Below are positions 12,100 to 24,844 of a stretch of DNA of 64,000 bases, one piece after another. The DNA lies in contig JAUZTB010000027.1 of NCBI GenBank assembly GCA_034780895.1, positions 33,535,719-33,599,718 on the forward strand, given 5' to 3'. The position numbers and the translations under genes were made by a program. Below the pieces are notes generated by a model. That model made no database searches, was not told where the DNA came from, and saw nothing but the letters and a program-made list of their open reading frames with translations. Origin of the DNA: Rhynchobatus australiae (taxonomy: Eukaryota). Numbering within the stretch: position 1 is the first letter of the stretch; each line of letters begins with the position of its first letter.

Positions 12100-12775
12100 T
12101 CCAGCTTAATGTTGAGAAGACATTACTAACTTAGTTCCTTGCAACTCTATCCTTCTTTCTGCCACTATTTGAAACTGAATCTGATGTTTGTATATTTGAC
12201 TCCAGCGAGCTTTGGACAAAACATACCACGTCTGTGTCATTAACCTATTTTGGTTCATCTCTTCGGCTCCTGAAATCCTGAATCATGATTATATCCCCAG
12301 GCTTGGCCACTCCAATGTACTGTCTTCTTCTGTAAACGTCATATAAAATTTACCTGGCTCACTTCCAAGCCCCATTTATACTTCATCCCTTTGCTTCCTG
12401 TTATGCAATGCCATAATGTTAAATTTTCATCCATGCTTCCAAAACTCTCTATGCTCCACTTTTCCCCTTCTCTTTATTCTCCTTGAGCCCTACAAACCTT
12501 GAGAAATCCGCACTTCTCCAATTTTCATCCTGTGGTTATCCCAAGTCTAAGTGCTCCACTACTGTCAGCCAGATCTTTAGCTACCAAGGGTTTAAACTTT
12601 TTGAATTTGCCCCTGTAACTTCACAGTTTCTCTATCTGTCTTTCTTCCTTTATGACAGTTCATTGGTCATCTGCCTTAATGTAGCTCTGCAACAAATTTC
12701 CTTTGATAATACTCCATTGAAATGCCTTTGGACAACTTGCTGCATTTAGGAAGCTGTACAAATACTTGTTGCGAT
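12100..12775 (+). mobile_element. L2-clade LINE 3' region, old
   Basis: ccagcttaatgttgagaagac (LQLNxxKT) and an L2-like tail ctccattgaaatgcctttggacaac..gctgtacaaatacttgttg. Confidence 0.6.
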
Positions 12776-13789
12776 GATGATAGAATCCAGAAATAAATGT
12801 GCTTGTGAATTGAAAACTGGAAATGCTCTACAGACCAGGCAGCCTCTGTGGAGAGAGAAGCAGTTAATTTGGTAGATGGATGACCTATCAGGACTGGAAG
12901 AAGTTTGGCTTGTAACAGATATTAATTAAGTACAGAGACAGGAAATGAGGTGAGGTAGAAAAGAACAAAATAAAAGTGTGGAGTGCATGAGTGATGAAAT
13001 AATAAAAAGGTTGATAGCACAATGCAAAAGAGACAAGAAACAAAAGAAGCCCTGCATTATGTGAATGTGAGTTTTCTAAAATAATTGTAGACAAAGCAGG
13101 CATTAAACTATGAATAAAAGATAAATCCCTTCCCTGTTCAACTGTCATATCATTATAAGTGTAACAATTTGATACACCTGCCAATTCTTTTTACCAGTCA
13201 TGGTTATTGCAAATTTTTTGTATTGTGGGTATAGTGAATTAATACAGCATGTCTCAGGGCTAGTAGTTTACCTTTTTCCTATCCAGCTAACCCAGAAATA
13301 GTATGTAGCCTTCCTTATACTCCTGATTATATTAATGGGTAATGTATTCCTGGAGAAACTATAAATTATTATGAAAAAGAGATGTTTATGTAATTGCATT
13401 CATTTAACAATTTAATGACCTGAACAAGGCCATTGTTATTGCCTTCCAAGTCCTATCTTGCATTCCTCTGCATTGTTCCACTTCTCTCTCTATGTGCTAC
13501 TGCATTAATATCTTACTTCACCTCCTTGAACTACAAAGTCTCCACAGCCTCTTCATACTAGCAATGCTCACCTTTCCACACCTCTATCACCCTTGTTATC
13601 CCAGTACTACTATTTGCCTTTGATAAACACATCCTCTGGTCTAATGGGATCTCTACTTGGAGACTGACTAAACACAATGGTAGTGAGGTGTGACTTGGAG
13701 GTGGAATGTCCCTGGAAGTACCTTACTATGGGAAGAGTTTTGTATTCTAGCCATCCACAGACTTCATTCAAAGATGTGTTCCCATACAC

Positions 13790-14090
13790 CAGAACCTTTC
13801 AATTGCACTGGCCAGTTTGCCAGTAAACATTTACACAATGGCAGAGTATATCAAGGAGTCCATCTCTAACTTGTGTAGAGTTGGCCAGACTGTTATTGCT
13901 ACCATGCAGTCAGGAATGGAGCAGGTGAACAGCCCTATGAAGTCAGCAGTGGAGTCCACAATGACAGAGCCTCTGTTGTCAGGTGTGACAGCGCTCATCA
14001 CAACTCTTGGGTCTAGCATCTCAGGCTTTCATCCTTTATTGGAAAACATGGATAAGGTTATCAAGATCATGAGCAAAGGATCCTAGAGCA
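13790..14090 (+). pseudogene. Possible Harbinger accessory (Myb-gene) downstream exon remnant
   Basis: 89-aa amphipathic ORF (LPVNIYTMAEYIKESISNL..MEQVNSPM..MTEPLLSGVTALI) resembling the helical C-terminal part of elasmobranch Harbinger Myb-like proteins as I recall them. No diagnostic motif. Confidence 0.3.
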
Positions 14091-14353
14091 TCAAAATTTG
14101 TCTTCATCATCCCGTCATTGAACAGTGGAATGTGAATGTGCACTCCCATGGTAGTGGCATTGGCTCGTACTGTCTTCCCTTAGTATAACACTTGGTCCAC
14201 AACTGGTCTTTATTGGTTCAAACTATCCACACAGAGCAGCCTGATGCAAATAAATAGAGCTCCTGAGGTCACCAACCAATGCCATTGTAATCACCCCTCA
14301 CTGCCTCTCTAGCTTCTGCGAAAAGAAACCAATAGGAGGGCACTAAATAGTTT

Positions 14354-14682
14354 CAGAATCAGAATCAGGTTTATTATCACTGACATATGTCATGACATTT
14401 CTTGTTTTGTGGCAGCAGTACATTGCAATACATAAAAATTACTATGAGTTGTCGAAAAAAAGAGTGCAAAAGAGGAATAATGAGGTAGTGTTCATGGGTT
14501 CATGGACCGTTCAGAAATCTGATGGCGGAGGGGAAGAAGCTGTCCCTAAATCATTGAGTGTGGGTCTTCAGGCTTCTGCACCTCCTCCCCAATGGTAGCA
14601 ATGTAAAGAGGACATGTCCTGGGTGGTCAAGGTCCTTAATGATGGATGCCACCTTCTTGAGGCAACCCCTCTTGAAATGTAC
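14354..14682 (-). mobile_element. Rex1/Babar LINE 3' end
   Basis: Reverse complement of 4940-5267, including the tail (cagaatcagaatcaggtttattatcactgac). Confidence 0.88.
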
Positions 14683-14944
14683 AGTTTCTTCATCTTTGGA
14701 ACACTAAAGCTGTGGAGTTGTGATCTACAAGAGGTCCTACAACAATTCACCATGGCTTCTTCAATGGCGCCAGCCCAATCTGTGACTCTATTGCTCACAA
14801 GGCAGCAAACATATGGGAACACCACAACCTACAACTTCTCCACCAAGTCAGTCACTATCCTGACTTGGTAAAGTATCACCAATTTTTCATTGTTCTACAC
14901 AATTAATGACAGGCTTTGCCAGTGCCACCAAATCCAAAGAAAAT

Positions 14945-15445
14945 GAGGTGTGGTTACATTATACTCAGAGTTCGGTGTCCAGTTCAGAAACCAATATTAC
15001 TGGATATAAAGGATCTTGAGAGGGTACTAAAAACAATTTACACAGATGATATCAGGAATGCAAAATATTCTTATGGAGAAAGTATGAACAGGATAGATCT
15101 CTTTTCTCTTGAAAGAGGGATGACGGTACATTGGCCTGATAAGAAGATGATAAAGTTATGAAGTATCTAGATGGAGAAGAAATATTTCTATATATGAGCA
15201 GAATGTGAACAAAGTTAGAGTCTGTTTTGAGGTAGGTCCCAAGAAAATCAAAAAGGGTATGTTCAATCTGGTACCACAGCGAGCAGCTGAGAAGAATACA
15301 GTGTGGATGCGGTTATGGGTAAACTGGTTAGGCAAGGATGGAAGCAGAAGGAATAGAGGACTAAGCTATTGGATGGGAGAAGCATCAGTGGATGTAAGTG
15401 TCTCAGGACCTGGATCAGCCAAGTCGTCTGTTTCGGTGGTATGCA
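14945..15445 (+). mobile_element. CR1-like LINE 3' fragment, old
   Basis: KDLERV..SYGESMNRIDLFSLERG matches the CR1 pattern (ALERVQ..SYEERLxxLGLFSLExRR). Confidence 0.65.
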
Positions 15446-16354
15446 TTCCATGTACGTGACTTACATCATACTTATTTTTTTTTATTTACTGTGAATCAGT
15501 TTATGGGCTAAATAAATAGAGACCTTGCTAATGTTCACCCAGACAGATAGATGGATTAAAGGAGCATGTGCCTGCTCTTTTCTGATCCGGTCCCCCTCCT
15601 GCATTACACCTAGAGGGCAGCAGGACTCAACTTCTGCAAAACTGAAGCAGGTAACCATCCAATTGGGTGATTGATACCACTGAACCTGCAGCAGAACAAA
15701 TTCATAGATATCTAACTGGTTCAGATTTTATTTGCTGGTAACTCCTGTTGGAGGAATTAAATGAGAGCTCCTTCTTTTGTTTGGAGTTCACAAGCTTGAT
15801 TCTTGTAAATGGATTCCAGATGCTAAAGGTGTTGAGCACGTGCCATGTTACAGGTTGCAGTCCTGTTTGATTGACAGCATATTTGTATGGGATGTGGCAC
15901 CAGAAGCAAAATCCTACTGCCTTGCTGACGTTGCAGTACATCTTTTGGTCCAAACAATTGAGAAATCCCCCTACGAAGGGTGGGGTCAGGAACTGATGGG
16001 CCAAACACTGAGTGGGAATTCAGCATGTAATGTCAAGATTAATGGACAGACTTCAAAATGGATTGCAAAATTGCCATAATGTACTTCATAAATTATCAAA
16101 GAGACTTGGGAGTAGATTTTAGTTTGGGCCATCCAGCAAAATATAGCCCAGCACTGTTGAAAATAGCTTACCAACCCATTTCCACCATTCTGGTGAACAC
16201 CATGAGAAATGGGCCTTTTACTGGGCACACAGAGTGGTGCTATTTCAAACCACGAGGAGCTTTAAAATATAAACTGGGATCTTATTGTGTTTGCAAGATA
16301 TGTAATTGAACTTTTAAGAACTAGGTGGAATGATCTTTTATGCAAGGTTATACT

Positions 16355-16590
16355 TTTATGCAAGGTTAGACAGTGCAATAGCTTTTTCCCACAAGCCATT
16401 AGAACTATAACTCCCTCAAAATGCTGCTCCCAATCCCTCCATCCCTCCCTCCAACACCAAAGGATATTATGCATACAAAAACGCACCAGCACTTTAAGTG
16501 TCCAATGACTGCTTGGACACCTGCTGCATCGGTACATTCATTTTAAGCTGCTTTTATTCAAGTTTCTTTTTAATGCTGTTGTCTTTTTGT
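16355..16590 (+). mobile_element. Rex1/Babar LINE 3' fragment (older subfamily)
   Basis: RQCNSFFPQAIR matches the Rex1 C-terminal RxxxSFFPxAIRxLN motif. Confidence 0.55.
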
Positions 16591-17664
16591 CNNNNNNNNN
16601 NNNNNNNNNNNNNNNNNNNNNNNNNNNNNNNNNNNNNNNNNNNNNNNNNNNNNNNNNNNNNNNNNNNNNNNNNNNNNNNNNNNNNNNNNNNCACCCTAAT
16701 ATTGACCAGCTTTCCTTGGTAGGATTAACTGTTTATACACAGTGAGTGTTCAGGGTTAACTGTTTATACATAATTTATATACAGTATTTAAATCCTGTTA
16801 AAGAAAATAGTCATTTTGCTTTAAGTCTGTATTCAAACTTTCACTAAATGCAGCAAAAAAATTACAGAATTTTCAAAACAGGAAAAACACAAAATAGTGA
16901 AACAAAATGAAAATGAGAATAATGGAGAAACAAAACAAAGGCAAGGCATCCATCTTTCTATCTTGCTAAAAAATTCAGAAATGAAAACCGCTGCTGAAGT
17001 AAATCTATTGGTACGGTAGCTTGGCTTAAACTAAATAGCCATTATCACTGCTTTTACAGTACGCTTTTATGTTCCTTTGCAGCTTTGCTCTCATTTTCTA
17101 TATTCACTCTCTTAATCAATCTCTTGGTCCTTTTTTTTTGCTAAATTCTAAATTGCTCCAAATCCTCAGGTTTTCATTAACCTTTCTTTCCATGTTNNNN
17201 NNNNNNNNNNNNCATGTTTTTGTCACCTTTCCCTAAAACAGTATTATTAACTAACCCCTTCCCGTTCCATACAACCTAATGTAGTCTAGCTTGCTCCCTT
17301 TCTGGGTCCTCAAATGAAATATAATCTTAAAAAATACACAATAGTGTACAAACAAACATCTTACAGCAAAGAGCAATGAGAATAAACTTGGTCCTGTCTG
17401 TGAATCAATCTGAAATGCTCAATGTGATTGAGCGCAGTAAAAACAAAATGTCTTTTAGATATTTGGGAGTATTTTCACAATGCTTAGATCATACTGTGAT
17501 GTTTCCAATGCTAACTGTCATGACATTACTCCACATCTGTGATCATTCACAACATTATGACAATGTTGCTGGATGACATCATCAAATAAATCTTTTACGC
17601 CAACATTCTGAAAGAAGCATTCAATCTGAGACAAACAGGTCCAAATCTCGATCGCTCAAACACT

Positions 17665-17900
17665 AATCCACTTCCCATAGCAACTCCCCATGCAGGGTCA
17701 GATGCATTATTGTCCTTTATCTCCTCCCTACCCACTGTCCATGTGCACTTCCTTCAACTTAGAACAGAGTGTCCACTGTTCATGATGTGGTATCTTTTAC
17801 ATTAGGGAGCCCAAATTTAGATTGAGTCAACACTGTGTTGATCATCTCCGTTCAGTTGGCAAATATGACCCTAAACTTCCAGATACCTGTCACTTCACTT
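17665..17900 (+). mobile_element. Penelope-like element GIY-YIG endonuclease fragment
   Basis: 17741-17899 translates CTSFNLEQSVHCS*CGIFYIREPKFRLSQHCVDHLRSVGKYDPKLPDTCHF (PLE consensus CxSxNLVYCIxCxxCGLLYIGETKRRLxxRFxEHLRSV..LPVAxHF). Confidence 0.8.
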
Positions 17901-18328
17901 TATAGTGAAGTGTAGAGATCACTGGCTTGCAATATTAGATCCTCAATGCATCTTCCTAACTATTGAATTCCAATCTCATCAATATGTTGTTCTGTGCATT
18001 ACTTTCATCTGCTGTGGCTACAGTGCTGACAAGCTACCATTGATATTGAGCAACAGCCCCAAGGATCTAAGATCTCAACCAATGTTTAGGTCTGCTCTGA
18101 GAAATGTGTACTTCATGCAGAAATCATGGTTGTTTAAGAAAAGTGATATTCATCAGGGAATACAGAGACATTGCATCAAACCATTGACATTATAAGAGCA
18201 GGGAATCAACCATTACAGGGTTATATTTAGTGGGGTGTGAAGGGAAAATTTAAAAAAAATACAAGCCAAAAATCAGAAATAAAAAATGAAATGTCGGAAA
18301 TATTTAGCAAGGTATTGTTGCTCCTTCC

Positions 18329-18367
18329 CTGTCCTGATGAAGGGTCTTCAACCTGAAACATCAACTG
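18329..18367 (+). ncRNA. Minimal type I hammerhead ribozyme motif (decayed) in a Penelope pseudo-LTR
   Basis: ctgtc-CTGATGA-agggtcttcaacct-GAAAC-ATC-aactg. Core boxes at 18334-18340 and 18355-18359 with a helix II hairpin between them. The NUH triplet and helix I are consistent with CpG decay from GTCgactg. Confidence 0.6.
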
Positions 18368-18464
18368 TGTTTCCCTTTCCAAAAATGTTGCCTGACATGC
18401 TGAGCATTTCTAGGATGTGAGGGGATTTATGTTTATTCTGATCTCTCCTAACTAATTATTGGTG

Positions 18465-18955
18465 TACTGCAGCGAAAAAAAAACTGCTGAAGGAACTCAG
18501 CAGGTCAAGCAGCAGCTGTGGAGGCAAAGGGATAATCAAAGTTTCGGGATGAGACCCTGTATCAGGACTGAGAGTGTAAAGGGAAGATAGGCAGTACAAG
18601 GAAGTGAGGGGGAGGTGGGAGGCAGGAGTTGGCAAGCAATAGGTGGATAAGAACATGGTCAAAGAACAGCAGAGTAGCGGAAACCACAGAAGGGTGAGGG
18701 GAGATGGGAGAGAGGGTCTCACAGAACTCCCATCAAAGAGAGAAGGAAAACTTCAAAGTGGGCAGATCTTGAAGAGACCGCAATGGAAAATGTAAAATGG
18801 AGACACAAAGGACTGCAGGTGCTGTCATCTGGAGCAAAAAAAAGACTGCTGGAGAAACTCAGTGGTCAGGCAGCATCAGTGGAGGCAAAGGGATAGTCAA
18901 CATTTTAGATTGGGACCCTGCATCAGGACTGAGAGTGTAAAGAGGAGATAGCCGT
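18465..18955 (-). mobile_element. Two tandem Penelope pseudo-LTR copies, each with a degenerate hammerhead motif
   Basis: Direct repeats ~18465-18600 and ~18800-18955 (ctgctggag.aactcag..ggtca.gcagca.c.gtggaggcaaagggata.tcaa..accctg.atcaggactgagagtgtaaa). Hammerhead-like motifs at 18533-18570 and 18894-18931. Confidence 0.75.
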
Positions 18956-19084
18956 GTTGGTGTTAAGGATTTTAGTGTGCAGAGAGTCACTTGGTTTTCA
19001 TTAGAGGATTTCATTTTGTAGGCTCCTTATGATAATCTTCTCTATTAGAGAGTCCTTTATATTCCATGAGGCCTCTACCAGCTA

Positions 19085-19358
19085 GAAGGACAAGGACAGC
19101 AGAAGCATGAGAACACCACCACCTAGAAGTTACCCTCCAAGACACACGCCATCTTGACTTGGAAAATATATTGCTGTTCCTTCATTGTCACTGGGTCAAA
19201 ATCCTGGAACTCTCCCCTGAACGGTATTGTGGCTATACCCACACCTCAAGGACTGCAGCAGTTCAAGAGGGAAGATCACCACCTCAAGGACAATTAGGGA
19301 TGGGCAATTAAACGATGGCTCAGACTGCAAAACTCACATCTGTTGAATGAATAAAAGA
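19085..19358 (+). mobile_element. LINE 3' end sharing its tail with the local SINE family
   Basis: aaggacagcagaagcatgagaacaccacc..gggtcaaaatcctggaactc..ggacaattagggatgggcaatt..tgaatgaataaaa. A related fragment lies at 14795-14895. Confidence 0.65.
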
Positions 19359-19399
19359 AAATCCTCTGCTCAGCTGGGAGATGAGGCTGCTGATGCTGA

Positions 19400-20280
19400 G
19401 CAAGAAGGTCTCCCCCAGTAACCTTCCTGTTCGTCCTGCTCCTCTTTCTCCTGCAGCTCTCCAAGCTACAACACATGACTGTCTGGCTCTGATGCTCTGT
19501 CATCCTATTCCTCCCGCGGAGGATGCTGCTTTTGGTTGGCAAGACTGTACATTGTGTAGTACGTGGTAGTGAATTCTCCATATCTCTTGGGTGTGTACTT
19601 CAAAATGCCCCCAGGCTGATACAGGTAAAAGAATCTCACTTTCAGGTGACTTATAGTGATTTCTTCTACTATCCTGGTACTTGCATGGCTCTTGTTGTAT
19701 CTGCTTCTGTGGTTCAATGACACACTGGTGTGAAGAGCTTGGGAAGTAGGGAAAAACCATTGTCCCCAGGAACCATCCCTTTGGATGGTGTAACACACTA
19801 AAATTAACTTGCACTGAAATCAAAATGGATGATGTAATTTCTCCATTAATTCAGTGCCCGGATGCCCTACCTGGAGGTTGGACAGCAAATTGGGAGACAT
19901 GGTAATGATCTGGTGCCACTGTTTNNNCTGATCTTGTGGTGAGGAAGACAGCAACGTAATTTGATGTCCATGAGAAAACAGTCCAGCCATGTGAGCTTGA
20001 CTGTAGGTCTTCTCACAGAATGTCATGTATCTCAAAGATGCCCGATTTGGAAAACCTGAGCCTGCAAGTATATTGATCATTTGAGAGGTCCAGACAAGAT
20101 GTGAGTCTCTGAAGAACTGCTACTTCCCTGAAATTGTAGTAAACTCTATAGACTTTTTGAAGGTATTTGAGCAGCCTGCAGTTACTTCTGAAAATTCCCA
20201 CACAGACCATCTAGCGCCAGCAGAGCATCTCTTTAAGTTATGAGAAAAGGAACAAACTAGCACAATGCGTTCCTAGTTCT
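19400..20280 (-). pseudogene. PIF/Harbinger DDE transposase (HARBI1/DDE_Tnp_4-like) remnant
   Basis: Minus-strand frames give GSGFPN, KGWFLG and RYNKSHASTRIVEEITISHLKVRFFYLYQPGGILKYTPKR (consensus RYNxxHxxTRxxIExxIGxLKxRFRCLxxSGGxLQYxP). Confidence 0.8.
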
Positions 20281-21639
20281 TGCGAAACTATTCAACAATG
20301 GTCATAATGTGGAGCTTTCTGCTCTAGTTTACATTAATACAGGTGGAAATGGGCATTGTGCAATAAGTGAATCATTTCGTGTGTGCCTAATGCCAGAGAA
20401 ATATCAGGCCTACCAACACAAAGAGCACAAAGAAATGCTTGTTCAGTTTCATATCTGGCATGATATCACCTAGAGATGACTTGTGGTGTGACCTATTATG
20501 CCCAAAGTTGAAAATGGATCACATAGTATTGTAATTTCTGGGGTGTGTTAGATTAATCTTTGTCCTTCATTAGTCACAGTTTCCTGAGTAGTTATTAACA
20601 TCTTTGTCAATGAGAAAATGTAAATAAATATGAGGCCTCATAAATTAGTCAAGTACAGGTGGAGGAGCAAAGTTATTTACAAACTTCTGAAAATTGGATT
20701 CTTAGTTTTGACAAGGAAGTTCACCTGTCAGGCTAAGTCTGAACAGAGTAGATCCCATAAATAGAAGTAAGATACTGTTCCCAATACATTGTTCGCCTCA
20801 TTCTAATTTGGTTTCTTTTCAAGAATATTAATGGATTGTTNNNNNNNNNNNNNNNNNNNNNNNNNNNNNNNNNNNNNNNNNNNNNNNNNNNNNNNNNNNN
20901 NNNNNNNNNNNNNNNNNNNNNNNNNNNNNNNNNNNNNNNNNNNNNNNNNNNNNNNNNNNNNNNNNNNNNNNNNNNNNNNNNNNNNNNNNNNNNNNNNNNN
21001 NNNNNNNNNNNNNNNNNNNNNNNNNNNNNNNNNNNNNNNNNNNNNNNNNNNNNNNNNNNNNNNNNNNNNNNNNNNNNNNNNNNNNNNNNNNNNNNNNNNN
21101 NNNNNNNNNNNNNNNNNNNNNNNNNNNNNNNNNNNNNNNNNNNNNNNNNNNNNNNNNNNNNNNNNNNCTGTGTACATATTTTGCCCTTGTCCACTGCTGT
21201 CATTACAAATAACTGTCTGTTACTTCATCCATGAGATAGCTGCATCGCCGTATGCTACCACTCATTGTAGACTTTGGTTCAGCATTTGGATCAAGAACAA
21301 TTGCAAGATAATGATAATTGTACACAATCTGACAAAGTACTCCCACTGGAGATAACAGCATTACTTTAAATCACTCAGTTTCCTTGAAAACCTTCACCTT
21401 GGATTTAAATTTCCATTTATTTAAAACATCAGTAAAATATTTGCATACGATTTTCAAATTGAATTGGTGTTGACATTTTGACGTAAGAGTAAAAAACAAG
21501 TCAATTCAAATCCTGCTAATAAGTAATAATGATGTTTGTATGAGAAAAAGGCAAAAGTTTCTTAAAATATAACATTAATTTTAGGTATATGAGTGACTGG
21601 GGAGAATCAGAGGCAAAAAGCAATTCTTCATATAGCAAT

Positions 21640-21970
21640 AGTCTCTTTTCATCCCCTTGGGCAACTGCCTTACTTGCACCTCAGTACAGCAATTATCTGG
21701 TATAATGACTGCAATGCAAATAAGTGATGAGATTTTATTAAACCAAATGAGCAAATCAGCTGCACATTATTGCAATTTGATTGACAGTGACAAGTGTTGA
21801 GGAGTCACAGATGTGAATGCAATAGAGCAGTGCTCCAAGGAAGGCTCTTGATAATGTTACTGTTGATAAAGTTACTTGGCAATTCTCCCTAAGAAAATAA
21901 AAGGGATGATGGTGCATATTAATTCATGTTGTTAGCAAGCTGACAAAATGTCATAGAAATGTTTCAATGT
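21640..21970. promoter_or_regulatory. Candidate conserved non-coding enhancer
   Basis: Repeat-free AT-rich block with octamer ATGCAAAT (21714-21721) and PBX-MEIS/PREP decamer TGATTGACAG (21778-21787). Conservation not tested. Confidence 0.35.
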
Positions 21971-23974
21971 GCTTTNNNNNNNNNNNNNNNNNNNNNNNNN
22001 NNNNNNNNNNNNNNNNNNNNNNNNNNNNNNNNNNNNNNNNNNNNNNNNNNNNNNNNNNNNNNNNNNNNNNNNNNNTCAATGTGCTTTTTATTTTCAGAGC
22101 TTATGATCATTATTTCTTCTGATCTTTGAAATCGTATATCACTGTTTCAACTCCACTAAGGCACTGCAGATACAGAGATAATAGAACTCAAAGGCAGCAG
22201 TTCATATCACATTTGATTGGCTTTTCTTTCAGAGCCCTTGTGTATTTATCTACAAAGAGTAAATGATAAAAGCAACCGTGCTGCACCTATGGTTAATAAA
22301 TGTTAATTAAAAGATAAACACACTAGACTTTTACAATAGATCTTTGTCTGTTAATGCAAAATGATTTATGACATTCAATGTTTTCATTTAATCCAAGGAT
22401 GGACAAGGATAAATATTGTGCAAATTTTAAAACAGTCCTTTTGTACTGTCCATCCATGTATAATTTCCAAAATATGGACCAACTGTGCAGTTAGTTTTCT
22501 CAAAGTCATTTGTCATGGGCCCTAGAAAATAGAGTGGGTAATACTTATGAACCCCGCTGCCACATTCTTTCAGCAAATTTGTTTTAAAGATGTTGACATT
22601 TATGAGGAGGGGGAGATGTAATGAAGACTTCTTTTTAACCTTTATGAACTAAATAAAGGAGGTAATGGATTCAGTTTGTCTGAAAGTGGCAGTGGTGTTG
22701 GTGAAGTTTATAGCAATACAATGTGGGTCTATTCGTACACCTTCATTTCTGGTATGGACTTAGTGTTGGTATATAATGAGGCACACTGTATGCTTAATGT
22801 ATACTAATAGATTTCCTGTGACATTACTCACAGCATATCCAGGACCTGGAGTTTGATTTCTGCTGTTTACTGTAGTCTTATTGCAACCTAAATGTCAGGG
22901 TATTTCTCTTTTCATTATAATTGAAAAATCATGGTAGCAAGACAGCACATGACTGATGTAGGTCAAAAAATATTAAACACCTGACTGAAATGAAAATATG
23001 GGTCTCACAGCTACATTGGAAATAATATCTATGCTACGGTGGAAGTTAATTTGTTCTCCTCAAAATCTGTTACTGCTTATATTCTTACTATAAATGTATA
23101 TTCTTTCAATGCCCATTGGTGGATTTGAGCAACTTCTTCATAATTAATTACTTTATCTATTATTACTTCCAGAGCACAACTCTCTCACACACAACACTTG
23201 CTTCTAGGATCTATAACACGGTTTTCATTTTCTATTCAGTTATCATGTGAATTAGGGTTACTGTGTAATGCTCCGTTCTGAAGTTACAACAGGCAGAACA
23301 TAGTTCTTTACCCTGATAGAACTTGTGGAAATGTCTAAAATTCTGGAAATTACTAAGGCCCAGATAAAATTTCTAATTCAAACCATAGGGGATAAATGGT
23401 AACTCTAATTCAAGTGATGAAATGAGTTAAAAACAACTAATTTATTTATTTTTTATTAATTCAGAAATGTTACTGAGAGCTAAAAACACTGAACTAAGAG
23501 AAGAGGGAGATGACACAAAATTTTGTGTGAAGAGATTGTCTTACTCATATGATGGTGGACATGATTTCTTCCAGTTTTTAGGGCTTGAAAAAAATGGACT
23601 ACCTTAAATTGATAGTTTTAAAGCAGACCCTAGTTGTGAATTGAAACCTTTTCTATTTGGTTAGGTTTTTTTTTGATTGCCTTTTATTTACATATTAGAC
23701 TATTTGAGACATTTAGCATCATTACTGATTATTGGAGGCAATCATGCTGAGGGATATATGAGCCATGGGATTCTACTTTGTTGATTCCATCGGGTGCAGG
23801 TGTGGATTAATTAAGGCACTGTTGAACTAGGATCTATTCTTCCTGCCTATGTTAACTTTTTTATTCTGATGAAGTGGACACTTGTTATGCTTCATCACAA
23901 AGTTTATTCCCTAGCTATTGATAATATTCCTCTCACAGGTATCTATCTGAAACAGAACTAGACTGTTCACAACC

Positions 23975-24265
23975 TTCAAACCACAAATCTATGCCATTGT
24001 TAAACTTCCACCCCTGTAGCACTGCCCAATTCTAACTTTGGATCAGCTCATCTTTTCCCCATCACCTTGTGCTGCTTTAATTCTGCCCTTATTGCTGAAT
24101 TTAATCACTTTAGCACAAATAGTGGGATTAGGGCAGATCTTCATGATCTGGCTATCTACCTTTATATTTCCTTTTGTGGTTTGCCGTCTATTTTTTGTAA
24201 CACTCCTGTAAAATTCTTTGGAGTGGTTTTGATATATTTAAGATGCTATGGAAGTTGTTGTTATT
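23975..24265 (+). mobile_element. L2 LINE 3' tail remnant
   Basis: cactcctgtaaaattctttggagtgg..agatgctatggaagttgttgttattg, an L2-type terminus. Confidence 0.5.
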
Positions 24266-24844
24266 GTCATTTCACCCAATTTCACATTGCCACAGAGGCT
24301 ACATTTTGACTCATGTTGCTTTTCACTCCTTCAAGTGATTATCCAGTTTACATTTGAAGACTACTATTGAATCTGTAATGACCTCTCCACCAACCAGATA
24401 TCTTGAATACTTTTAACATTCACTATCCTACCTGCCAAGTTCACTCAAAATATTTATCCTTTTTGGGGTTGAAGGGACAATGTGTTATAACAGTAGATGA
24501 ATGATCAATAATTAATACTCAGTTGATACAAATACAATTTTAAAAGATCCCAATTGTGACTTAATCTATATAAAATTAATAGATTAATACTGGTATGAAA
24601 ATATTGGTCAAATGCATTGCATGTGAATGCTCAACAATCCATTGTATTCAGAGCACTTTCAAAGCTTTTGAATGAAAATATTCACATATCTGTTTAAAAT
24701 TTACTTTTCATGAATATTAATGAGATCTTCTTAGAGCTTGGACTTTAACCAATAGCAGGAAGTGCTGGAAGGTGAAGGTGGTTTAAGGTTTAGACAAGAA
24801 ATATTAATTTGCAGTAAACAAAGGTAAAGAAAAGACACAAAGAA

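Noticed and set aside
20733-21355. Long ORFs spanning N runs (also 54251-54793 and others)
   Set aside because: Open only because N bases contain no stop codons.
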